Shown piece by piece: positions 38,509 through 47,720 of a stretch of DNA of 64,000 nucleotides. The notes under the pieces are model-generated. The model made no database searches, was not told the DNA's origin, and was given only the letters and a program-made list of their open reading frames with translations. The position numbers and the translations under genes are program-made. Every line of letters starts with the position of its first letter. Within the stretch, counting starts at the first letter, position 1. The DNA comes from Candidatus Thorarchaeota archaeon (lineage in GTDB: Archaea; Asgardarchaeota; Thorarchaeia; Thorarchaeales; Thorarchaeaceae). The stretch lies in the NCBI GenBank assembly GCA_003345545.1, contig PRDH01000021.1, forward strand, positions 1 to 64,000, in the 5' to 3' direction.

Positions 38509-38548
38509 GGTGAGAGGAGAGCGTTCCTCTCACCAATCCGCTTTTTTT
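38509..38548 (+). terminator. Stem-loop plus T-tract between convergent genes
   Basis: GGTGAGAGGA-GAGCGT-TCCTCTCACC ... TTTTTTT. Confidence 0.7.
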
Positions 38549-41500
38549 AACTCTCATCCTCAACAGTTTCAGAGGCACGAATCAGATCGGCCGTAAATGG
38601 GGACTCATCTGTGGTCACAAGATAATGATTCTCCAGCGCAGTCATTATCGCCTTGTAGACTCGTCCTTCCTCAAGACCACATGTTGCTATTTCCGAGGCA
38701 AGTTCTTCGAGTTTGAACTCGACCCCCTGTTTTCTGGCTATCCTCTCAAGGGCACAAGTGTTCGTTGGGAATTTCTTGGCCTCATCCAGCTTGTAGGTCC
38801 GGAGAAGTGCTCCATCAAGGATGTCCTCGAACAACGTATCAAACTGCGTCTTTGTATGCATGTCAAGAACAATAATCGGCACATCATGAAGGGTCTCATC
38901 GAAGATGAATGCAACCGTCTTTGCGAACCGAATCATCCTCTCCCGTTGTTCTGGTGAGGGATTCCCTGTTGTGATGAAAGCGCAGACCAGCCTATTCGTG
39001 GAGATTACTCTGACTATATCTGAGATTGGGATTAAGCCCCACTCCTCGGAGTCTGACTCAATATCAAACTCTCCACGGAAGCTTGTGATTGCAGTGATGA
39101 ATGCGGATATCACGGTTTCTTCAAGACCGACCCTGAGTATCTTGGAATATACCGGCAGGCCGCTCTCCTTGTGGAGGACAATCACGCCCAGCAGGCTTTT
39201 CACACCATCAAAACGTCTCTTCACTGCAAGAGCCTCTTTGTTCTCTCGAATCCGTCTTCTCCTAGCCCTTCTCCTGAATACTAGTGCAACACCAAGTACT
39301 GCGGGTAGGAACATGAACGGATAGTATCGGATTGTTGTCAGCCAGAGCATCGTCAATGCATCTCTTCCAGGCTGGAGTTGAACAGAGTATGCTGGCTCTA
39401 GGACATAATTCTCAGCATCACAGGTGATTTGCAGTAGGTATACTCCCTCTGCTGCAGGCATGGATATGACTGCGTTGTACTCTCCAGCCGTGCTTGTTGC
39501 GTCCATGGGAATAGAGTCACTCGGTGCCCCGTTTGGATCAATGATGTAGCAGAACACCTGTACTCCACTCACTGGTGAGCCTGTGCCTATTTCAGATAAT
39601 CTCACCAGGATTGTGCTTTGACTCAACTCAGGTGCGTTCAGACCCTGTAAGACTTGGACAGTAATCGGCACCCGATCGACAGTGAACATCAATCTGTACG
39701 ACGCCGTTTCAAAACCTGTCCTCTCAAAGGTCAGAACGACAAAGTGCTCCCCCAGCTCCTGGGGTGTGAGGCTCACTGAATACTGCCCAGACCCCAGTTC
39801 AAGAACGCTAATCCAGTCAGCGCCCTCACCAGACGCAAGAACACTGGCCCCTCGAATATAGCTGCTATTCGACTCGAAGATATAGCTGAAGGTGAATGTG
39901 TATGACCGGCCTACGAGGATTGCCTCAAGTGGGCTTGAGCCTTGAGCTGTTGCATCGATTCTTTCTACCTCGATAAAGAACTGCTTGGTTGCAATCCGAA
40001 AATCTGTCTTGTTTGCAACCACTGAGAGTACCCATGATCCTATTGCGTTGCCTCGTATCGAAATGATGTAGAATCCAGAGTATTCCACTATTTGTATCTG
40101 CAAGTCCATGATATCAGAAGGAAGTACAGTGATGTTCGCACCTTGAATCGCTGCAGAAGGACTCATTCGTTCATAGTATACAACCAGTTCATAGGGCTCT
40201 CCGAACGCTGCGGTTGTTGAGGTGACATCTCCCTCGAAACGCAGAGTTGTCTGAATCTCTGTCACAACAAGAGTGAATCCTGCACTCGAACTCTGATAAT
40301 TGCTGGCAGTGGCTCTGAAGAGCAAGTCAAAGGTCCTGATCTCAGCGGATTGAACTGTGACATTGTACAAACCATCACCGACTGACACAGCTCCTGATAC
40401 TGTCACACCCGAGGGTGGATTGATCAGCGCGATGCTTGCAATATCGATTGTATTGAAGCTCTCATCCTGAAACCTCAATTGCAGGGTGAAAGTCTGGTTC
40501 ATTGCGACTGTCGCACTTGATGGAAGTGACGTGAGAATCGTGGGTATTCCACTTGCGGTCAATGTAAAGGTGGCGTATTGTGTTTCATGATTGAGGATGT
40601 CTGCCCTGACGACAATCGAGAATGTTACTGCTGATGCAGGCGTCAGGATTATCTCATAGCATCCTTCAGAAACTAGCGTGAAGTTGCCATAGGAAAGACC
40701 TGCCGCTGGTGTCACAGTGAGAATCTGCAGGTTGGCTCCTGAAAGCCCATGACCTGTGCTATTCCGGTACTCCACCACAAGTCTATAGTTGTTTCCAAAT
40801 AAGACGACATCTGCAGTACCATTCAGTAATTCCAACTCACTTCCCGTTTCACCTATAATCAGTGTGAAGGAGTCTGTGGCATCGTAATGGAACGTTTTTG
40901 ATAGAGTGATAGTGACCTCATATATCTCTGAGATATTGCAGGCAACATCTAGTGAATACGATCCATTGCCATAGTCAGCAAATGATTGCCATGAAAGACC
41001 GCCTACTGGACCAGAGAATATGACTGATAATGTAGCTCCTGCCACACCACTGCCGTTCAGAAGTCTGTAGCTCAGTTGGACGCTGAATATCTCATTCAGC
41101 CCGGTCTGAACAGGAAGTGAGCCTGCATTCAGTATTTCTAATGCCGTTTGGAATACTGATACGACTATGAACTGAGTTACAACAGTGTCGAAATAGGGCA
41201 TTGATGCATTCACAACCACAATGAACTCTCCACTGCCGATCAGAGATGTATCGAAGTCAGCCTCCCACCAGTTCTTGGCATAGTTCTGCGTGAATATGAC
41301 TGCCGTAGAGGACCAATTCGCCACAATCGAAACGCTGTCATCTAACAAGTAGTTTCCTGTGTCTACATCTCTGAATGTGATTAGATTGGATATTACTTGA
41401 CCATAATCTGCCTCTATCAGGGGGTAGTTGGCCGCTACTGATGCCTGATGGTAGAGGTCAAAAAGCGCATACCCATATGCGACTTCTGTACCATTGTTCC

Positions 41501-43208
41501 AAAACACTTCTACTGTCCACTCGCCAGCAGAGGTGTTTGTCCCCGCGAATACCCATGATGAGCTATTTGCGTGCCCATTTATGATGTCAGATATCGAATC
41601 AGAGGCCCATATTGTTCCGTTGGGCATGATCCATTGTATACTGACTGGGGCTCCTGCTCCCGGAGTGACGCTCGATGTTCCTATCTCCACCTGCGTTCGA
41701 GTGATATTGCCGGTCCTGAAGAGTGAATTCTCGGTCCAATCTCCAAAGTAACCATCTTGCATCTGGATTGAGATGTCTTTGGCATAGTTGAATGCTTGAT
41801 ATGTCAATTTCCACCAGCCCACTCGGCTAAAGAGGCTATTTGGAACATAGATGCTGCCTGTCGAAATCGTGCATAGCCCCGTGATGTCATTGTTGAGCGG
41901 GTCCCAAATAGTGGCATTATCCCAATCTGAAGGATAATCAATCGATAGTGTGAGATTCTGATAGTCCGTCGAAGTCGTCACGTAGGTATACATCTCTAGG
42001 TCTGTACTCTGGCCTGCATCAGTAGTATATGATACTCCATGCATAGACAAATGGGTTGTCCATGAGGAGTTCAAATCTCGCTGGAAGTAAATCGTCATAT
42101 AGTAGTCGAAAGCCACTGAATTGTTCGCTGTGACTTCCATTTGCAGCGGGTCGACATCCCAGAGCAAGGAGTTCGAGATTGTTGAGGTGCCAACTCCACC
42201 AGTGGGCCCACTAATTGGACTCGTGAATCCTCCAACATTGAGGGTGAGACTGACACCCGCATATGATGGAGGAGTCCGGCTCGTGAACTCGACATCATCA
42301 ATATTCACTTCGATTTTCTGTGCGTTGATTAGACCGTCTGGTACACTATCATCATCATAGTCGCCATTCTCTGTAAGCACAAGATTTGCGTACTCGATGT
42401 AGATTCCAATCCCTACATCGAAGCTTACTGGAGCGCCTGTCATATTAATCGGATAATTAGTGATTGAGTACCACACACCTCTCAGATCACCAGTAGCGAT
42501 ACTCATATAGTAGGTATCAGTGTGAACATAGATTCGCAGTTCTACATCTCCGCTGAAGTCGTATGGTTCAAGATCGACTGGTCCTGAAACATATCTATAA
42601 TCAAAACTCAGACTGAACAGGTTAGTCTGTGGAGAGTTGGTGACAGTCTGCTCCCATAGTATCTCCGAATCCAAATAGTGCGTATACGTATCATCTTGGA
42701 CAGGATGTGTCTCTAGCTCCCCATAATTCACACAGGTCACATATCCATTCGTATCATTCCAGACAGCTGATTGCACCTGTGCGCCTCCGCTCGGGTCATA
42801 TGTAGAGCTGACCCACGGATCCACCTCATCATCAAAGGTTCCATTCAAAGCATAGAGCTTTCGCAGATTCGACACATCAATCTCAGTTCTGGAAGCAGCC
42901 CACCCATTTGCTTCATCGATGGTGATATTCTGTTGAGTATTCTTTCCTGTATCGGTTCTTGCTCTGACTAGACTCGTTTCTTGATAGCCTCTCTGAGTCA
43001 TTCTAATTGGGTTCAGGACTCCCTCCCGGTTTTCCTGTGAGAGTGTAAAGGCATTCTTTGTTGCCTCGTATTCTCCGTCCGTCAAGACCAAATCTGCTTC
43101 CCTGTTTCCCATAGCCGCGTTTCGGGTGTGGTTCGTCGGTGCAATTGCTAGACCCATGAGAATTGGGGCAAAAATCAAGAATGCAAGTACAATCCTTCTG
43201 GCGCGCAT
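38547..43208 (-). CDS. Giant single-pass surface protein: Ig-like repeats, TM, cytoplasmic longin-like domain
   Basis: Signal peptide, ~1270-aa beta-rich ectodomain with ~100-aa repeats, TM+RRRARRRR, ~240-aa cytoplasmic tail. Confidence 0.85.
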   Translation of the reverse strand: MRARRIVLAFLIFAPILMGLAIAPTNHTRNAAMGNREADLVLTDGEYEATKNAFTLSQENREGVLNPIRMTQRGYQETSLVRARTDTGKNTQQNITIDEANGWAASRTEIDVSNLRKLYALNGTFDDEVDPWVSSTYDPSGGAQVQSAVWNDTNGYVTCVNYGELETHPVQDDTYTHYLDSEILWEQTVTNSPQTNLFSLSFDYRYVSGPVDLEPYDFSGDVELRIYVHTDTYYMSIATGDLRGVWYSITNYPINMTGAPVSFDVGIGIYIEYANLVLTENGDYDDDSVPDGLINAQKIEVNIDDVEFTSRTPPSYAGVSLTLNVGGFTSPISGPTGGVGTSTISNSLLWDVDPLQMEVTANNSVAFDYYMTIYFQRDLNSSWTTHLSMHGVSYTTDAGQSTDLEMYTYVTTSTDYQNLTLSIDYPSDWDNATIWDPLNNDITGLCTISTGSIYVPNSLFSRVGWWKLTYQAFNYAKDISIQMQDGYFGDWTENSLFRTGNITRTQVEIGTSSVTPGAGAPVSIQWIMPNGTIWASDSISDIINGHANSSSWVFAGTNTSAGEWTVEVFWNNGTEVAYGYALFDLYHQASVAANYPLIEADYGQVISNLITFRDVDTGNYLLDDSVSIVANWSSTAVIFTQNYAKNWWEADFDTSLIGSGEFIVVVNASMPYFDTVVTQFIVVSVFQTALEILNAGSLPVQTGLNEIFSVQLSYRLLNGSGVAGATLSVIFSGPVGGLSWQSFADYGNGSYSLDVACNISEIYEVTITLSKTFHYDATDSFTLIIGETGSELELLNGTADVVLFGNNYRLVVEYRNSTGHGLSGANLQILTVTPAAGLSYGNFTLVSEGCYEIILTPASAVTFSIVVRADILNHETQYATFTLTASGIPTILTSLPSSATVAMNQTFTLQLRFQDESFNTIDIASIALINPPSGVTVSGAVSVGDGLYNVTVQSAEIRTFDLLFRATASNYQSSSAGFTLVVTEIQTTLRFEGDVTSTTAAFGEPYELVVYYERMSPSAAIQGANITVLPSDIMDLQIQIVEYSGFYIISIRGNAIGSWVLSVVANKTDFRIATKQFFIEVERIDATAQGSSPLEAILVGRSYTFTFSYIFESNSSYIRGASVLASGEGADWISVLELGSGQYSVSLTPQELGEHFVVLTFERTGFETASYRLMFTVDRVPITVQVLQGLNAPELSQSTILVRLSEIGTGSPVSGVQVFCYIIDPNGAPSDSIPMDATSTAGEYNAVISMPAAEGVYLLQITCDAENYVLEPAYSVQLQPGRDALTMLWLTTIRYYPFMFLPAVLGVALVFRRRARRRRIRENKEALAVKRRFDGVKSLLGVIVLHKESGLPVYSKILRVGLEETVISAFITAITSFRGEFDIESDSEEWGLIPISDIVRVISTNRLVCAFITTGNPSPEQRERMIRFAKTVAFIFDETLHDVPIIVLDMHTKTQFDTLFEDILDGALLRTYKLDEAKKFPTNTCALERIARKQGVEFKLEELASEIATCGLEEGRVYKAIMTALENHYLVTTDESPFTADLIRASETVEDES

Positions 43209-43582
43209 TTTGTCTTCCTCACTGAGTTTTCAAGGGGAACTAATCGATATGTCCTGCCTCGCAGCTCCGTAGACATATGTTAGGCTAATCGGAGTAGTGT
43301 TCTTTGCTAATCCTTGGGTTATTACTGTTGTTTGTCTGGAATCTTCTAGCATACCATTGCTGAGAGGTTGGGATTACACCACAGAATGGAGTCACTTCCC
43401 TTCAATGTCTAATTTGCCATGGGCAGAACCACAATCATAATCTTGACTGAGGGAGAGAACCAGAATGGAATGATGATGATGTTGAAATCCCCCACTGGTG
43501 CGACTACTATCGCCCTAGCAAAAGAATAATATTCTGGTTCAGACCGGGGCCCACCGACTCGATTAGAGTCGAGGTTGTTAGA

Positions 43583-43945
43583 ATGACAGATAACGAAATG
43601 CTTGTAGAATTGAGAGAGATACGAAAACTACTGACTCCCCCAGCCCCACCGGCTCCACCGAAGGGACTGATCAACGAGTTCGTTGCTTTCATCTCTGCGT
43701 ACAAAGTGCTTGGGCTAGCTGTCGCGTTCATCTTGGGTATCTACATCGGTAATGTTGTTGGAGCATTGGTCAGCAGCTTCATTATGCCGCTGGTTGCCAT
43801 AGTATATCCTGCCATCAGTCCACCCGCACCAGATAATTACGTACTCTCTGGAGGTCCAATCATGGACAGCCTAATCACTTTCATCATAGTCGCATTCGTG
43901 GTCTTCATCATTGTGAAGATTGCATCAAAGCTCGGGATCAAGTAG
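43583..43945 (+). CDS. mscL: Large-conductance mechanosensitive channel
   Basis: EFVAFI..YKVLGLAVAFILG, LV..FIMP, ITFIIVAFVVF. Confidence 0.9.
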   Translation: MTDNEMLVELREIRKLLTPPAPPAPPKGLINEFVAFISAYKVLGLAVAFILGIYIGNVVGALVSSFIMPLVAIVYPAISPPAPDNYVLSGGPIMDSLITFIIVAFVVFIIVKIASKLGIK

Positions 43946-43969
43946 AACAAGACTTGTAAGACAAATAAA

Positions 43970-44006
43970 GGAGGGGAGCAAACACTCCCCCCGTCTTCTC
44001 TTTTTT
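43970..44006 (+). terminator. Stem-loop plus T-tract after mscL
   Basis: GGGGAG-CAAACA-CTCCCC ... TTTTTT. Confidence 0.65.
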
Positions 44007-44018
44007 GGTATGCGCAGA

Positions 44019-44237
44019 TTACGTCAGGGCACCAATGATAAGAAACAGGAAACCGACTCCTATGAGTATGAGCATGAGCTCAGAAAGAAGGTATCCTGCT
44101 ACATTGAGGGTGTAGTATCCCAGATAGAAGTAAGAAACATATGCGCCGAGACTAATCATAGGCATGATTAGAGGTAAGACTCCTACTATGATTAGCAAGA
44201 GTCCAAATATAGCTAAACCTTTTCCCATTCTTTTCAT
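44019..44237 (-). CDS. Small 2-TM membrane protein
   Basis: GGAG SD, hydrophobic 72 aa. Confidence 0.6.
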   Translation of the reverse strand: MKRMGKGLAIFGLLLIIVGVLPLIMPMISLGAYVSYFYLGYYTLNVAGYLLSELMLILIGVGFLFLIIGALT

Positions 44238-44418
44238 CTCCGGATGGTTACTCTTTTCATAAACAAATCAGTATTTGTGCGTTGTGTCATCAAACTAGCA
44301 CTTTCTGACCATGGAAGCACAGCAGTTCACTATGTTTCATTTGGTGACCGATCAACAGAAGGTCTTCATTGGCCAATATAAGGTGCTAGGCATGCACAAT
44401 AGGCCCACAGACCGCCGT

Positions 44419-45603
44419 TCACCTACCCGTTGATATTGGCAGCAATGCTTGATTCACGAAATCCTCAAGTTCGCTGCGAACCTGTTCGACACCCTCATGA
44501 TGATCTCTGGCATCAGGCGTGTACAGGCTTGTCACGATTCTCTTTTGCTCTCCCAAATCATCAATCTCCCATCGACCGACGACTCTGCCATTCAACCATA
44601 TCGAAGGTCTGACTTCCCCAGTGGCTGCTAATGTCCTGCTTAGCATCGCTCGTGGTGCGTCAGGATTGGACGGCCAGTAGTGTCTCCTATCTGCAGGGGA
44701 CAACCTGGCCTGGATATCCTCGTTGATGAAGTCGGTTCTATCAATGAACGCCTTGAGAAAATGGTCCTCGTATGGTAGGAACCAGACTATGTCCTTTTCT
44801 GGTCTTTCGATGGCCGATGCAATCTCATGGTCAGAGGTGCGCATGTAGCACTCTCTCTCACGGTGGAGGATCATCGTAATATCATCCCCCAGGTTCTGCA
44901 CTGCTCTCTTGACTGCTGCCTTGGTCAGGTTCAGCCACCATGCAATGTCATCGACTGACACTGGTCCAAAGCGTCCAATGTGACCTCTAATCAACTTGGT
45001 AGTTGCTTCTTGTTCATCTAACACCTTCAACCTGAAACCACTGACCCATCTGTCAAGCAGGGCGTAGGATGTGAGATTACTGCGAGCATGATTTGCCTTG
45101 GCACGGACCACCTCACCTCGCGCCATGAGCATCAACAGAGCAGAGCGTACATGAGCCTTGTCAGGTACTATCCGTTTCAACGCACTTGTTCGCAGAGGGC
45201 CGTCTTGCAGTGCTTCTCTCACGTGGCTGAGCATATGCTCGATCTCTCGATCACTCAGCTGGTCGACTTTCGCAAATTTGTCATTTCTGCAGACCTTGTA
45301 CAATGCAGGTCCTGTGGCACTGATAATCATGGAGAGATTGTCGATATGTATGACATGGAGGGTTGTCCTGAATGCATGAGTCCTGACCAATCTCTCTCCA
45401 TTGTTAATTGACTCAAACATCCTCCTCGCGTCAAAGTCACCTATCCTTGCCCACACCGAGAAATAGGGTGTCCAGTAGTCTGTGGAATGCAGTCCCAGCT
45501 GCGCCTTGGCCACCTCATAGCAGTCCGAAACCTTCTCGTCCAGAAGATGCTGCTTCCGAAGTTGATTCCAGTGAATCTGTTCTGGAGTTGGCTCTGTCAT
45601 CAT
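44419..45603 (-). CDS. AlkZ/YcaQ-like (HTH_42) winged-helix DNA glycosylase family
   Basis: LGLHSTD..PYFSVWAR, RTTLH, FGPVS.DD..WW, FLPYED, GRVVGRW. Confidence 0.85.
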   Translation of the reverse strand: MMTEPTPEQIHWNQLRKQHLLDEKVSDCYEVAKAQLGLHSTDYWTPYFSVWARIGDFDARRMFESINNGERLVRTHAFRTTLHVIHIDNLSMIISATGPALYKVCRNDKFAKVDQLSDREIEHMLSHVREALQDGPLRTSALKRIVPDKAHVRSALLMLMARGEVVRAKANHARSNLTSYALLDRWVSGFRLKVLDEQEATTKLIRGHIGRFGPVSVDDIAWWLNLTKAAVKRAVQNLGDDITMILHRERECYMRTSDHEIASAIERPEKDIVWFLPYEDHFLKAFIDRTDFINEDIQARLSPADRRHYWPSNPDAPRAMLSRTLAATGEVRPSIWLNGRVVGRWEIDDLGEQKRIVTSLYTPDARDHHEGVEQVRSELEDFVNQALLPISTGR

Positions 45604-45698
45604 TTCGTCCCTCTGAGAGGAGGTTCTATCCATCATGAGGCCAGTTCTTCTACTTTCTGACTCTGGATTATTTGAATCCCTCCCGCAATTGGAGTTTC
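45558..45698. repeat. Direct repeat copy L (decayed end of the 46724 gene plus functional alkZ start)
   Basis: About 75-80% identical by eye to 46614-46750. Confidence 0.9.
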
Positions 45699-45875
45699 CT
45701 TTCACTTGGATGAGTTTTCCCAGTTAGAGTCTCTCGGGTTGCTCTATGCCGGTCTGCCATCTTCCCTGAACGGGAGGAACACAGAGTAGTATAGCCTTAA
45801 GAGCGCCCGCTGGATGTATGCCCAAATAGGTCTTCTACGACCTAATGAATACTGCTTCCTACGGATCATGTTGCC

Positions 45876-46571
45876 ATGTCCGAAACATCGGTTCCTCCCA
45901 AATCTGCACACCTTGAACTAAGGGCATTTTCAACTCTATTCACTTTCTTCTTGGCAATCTTTCTGGTACTCTGGGGTGTATCTGGGACAATTTACTACTG
46001 GGAAGCATGGATTTACATTCTCTTCTTCTCTGTCCTTGAGACATTCATGGCGCACTCTCTTGTCCGCAACGAACCTGAATTGTTAGGCAAACGCCTTACC
46101 TTGCGGGAAAAAGATACTATTCAACAGGGGCTAATTCTGTTTGGTGGAATCAACTATGTGTTGATGTACACCATACCCGCGATTGACCGCCGTTACGAAT
46201 GGAGTATAATGCCTGTTTGGGTTATGATTGTGGGGTACATTCTACTGGGTATTGGATGGACTATGACCCACAAAGTCTTCCAGATCAATCGATGGGCCGG
46301 CAGAGCCATTCAAGTCCAAGAAGGTCAGAAGGTTATCAGTACAGGGTTGTATGGGATTGTCCGTCATCCCATGTACTTGGGAGGTTGGCTTATTTCTCTG
46401 GGGACCCCCTTGGTGCTTGGATCTTATTGGGGTTTGATTGCGTCTATTACTTGGTTAATCATGCTCATACTTCGGCTGTCGAATGAGGAAAAGATGCTCA
46501 TACGAGATTTACCCGGCTATGAAGACTATTGCAAGAAAGTCAAATATCATTTAATTCCAGGTATTTACTAA
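45876..46571 (+). CDS. Isoprenylcysteine carboxyl methyltransferase (ICMT/Ste14) family protein
   Basis: QKVISTGLYGIVRHPMYLG, R...EE..L...LPGY..Y...V.Y.LIPG. Confidence 0.9.
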   Translation: MSETSVPPKSAHLELRAFSTLFTFFLAIFLVLWGVSGTIYYWEAWIYILFFSVLETFMAHSLVRNEPELLGKRLTLREKDTIQQGLILFGGINYVLMYTIPAIDRRYEWSIMPVWVMIVGYILLGIGWTMTHKVFQINRWAGRAIQVQEGQKVISTGLYGIVRHPMYLGGWLISLGTPLVLGSYWGLIASITWLIMLILRLSNEEKMLIRDLPGYEDYCKKVKYHLIPGIY

Positions 46572-46613
46572 TTAGAAGAACAGAGAGTTCGACTCATTGA
46601 TGCCTGCATGAGA

Positions 46614-46750
46614 GAAGTAGATTCCGGTGGACCTGCTCTGGAGTTGGCTCTCTCATCACGCAGTCCCTCTGTGAGGACGTACTGTCTGGTATGTGACTAG
46701 TTCTTTTACTTTCTGACTCCTAATCATTCGAATCCAGCAATGGTGATCTC
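46614..46750. repeat. Direct repeat copy R (functional end of the 46724 gene plus dead alkZ start)
   Basis: Minus strand encodes MREPTPEQVHRNLL vs alkZ MTEPTPEQIHWNQL. Confidence 0.9.
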
Positions 46751-47182
46751 AGTAGGTTTAGTCTGTCCTCGCACCGCTACTATGCGGGCACCGAATCCTC
46801 CAACCATTCCACTGAAGAGCCAGATGAAGTAGATATCCCAGGACAGGTCAAGAGTCAGTGGGTTCCATCCCAGCCCGGTACCTATGACCTGCCAAATGAC
46901 CAAGTCCGCGCCCAGGGACAGCGCGAGAAATAAAGAACCCGCCATGATTCCCTTGACTAGGGCGCATATGTGGAACCTTAGACTACATTCCCCACCGACA
47001 AGGTTTCTGTAGGTAATCGGTATGACTACAAGGGGCACTCCGATGATTGTTGCCATCCAGTAATAACTAGGACCAAGAAGTACTCCGGCTATAACTCCCA
47101 CTAGGAGCAATATCGGGTAAAGAACAATCCATGTCTTCAGAATCCATAGCCAGCTCTTCAGTTCTATAGGTATGCTCATCAT
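46724..47182 (-). CDS. 4-TM hypothetical membrane protein
   Basis: Four TMs; loop ECSLRFHIC. Confidence 0.7.
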   Translation of the reverse strand: MMSIPIELKSWLWILKTWIVLYPILLLVGVIAGVLLGPSYYWMATIIGVPLVVIPITYRNLVGGECSLRFHICALVKGIMAGSLFLALSLGADLVIWQVIGTGLGWNPLTLDLSWDIYFIWLFSGMVGGFGARIVAVRGQTKPTEITIAGFE

Positions 47183-47289
47183 CGTGACCGCCGCTCAGGC
47201 ACCTCTATCATTGATTACTCCTCGCATTGATGCCATAAGAGAGATGCGGTATCGACATCCTGAGTCGTCAGCCTATCCTCCATTCTCCG

Positions 47290-47694
47290 TTACTCTTTCT
47301 TAGCCCGTAGTTCATTCTCTTTAATTCTTGCCTTGACAATTCTTGTCACGAGTTCAGCGGGAAGTGGCCTTTCGGTTGAGAATTGGATGGTTGTTCCAGA
47401 CGTACGATAGGGCTTGAGTTCGTTGCTAAAGCTTCTCAAGGTCGGTTCACTCACTACAATGAGACTGCAATGGTTCGTGAATGCTGCAAAGTGGACCAAT
47501 GGCCCGTGATACTTGTAGGTTGGAATTCGGTAGCTAATGACTTCATCAGCTTTCGGCGCGGCAGCTTTGATCACATTGCGAAGCTCTTCAAGAACGGCTC
47601 TTACAGCTTGAGGTAGTGGTTCAAGGTAGTCGTCCACAGTTTCGACCAATGTGCCTTTCTTGGTTGCTTCTCGTTTAGATACAGTTCTCTTCAT
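47290..47694 (-). CDS. DUF1801/YdhG-like protein
   Basis: TVDDYL, EVISYRIPTY, HFAAF..H, GTTIQF....PLP.ELV. Confidence 0.88.
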   Translation of the reverse strand: MKRTVSKREATKKGTLVETVDDYLEPLPQAVRAVLEELRNVIKAAAPKADEVISYRIPTYKYHGPLVHFAAFTNHCSLIVVSEPTLRSFSNELKPYRTSGTTIQFSTERPLPAELVTRIVKARIKENELRAKKE

Positions 47695-47720
47695 TCGCTC
47701 ATCCCCGTGCGTTTCTTGCT

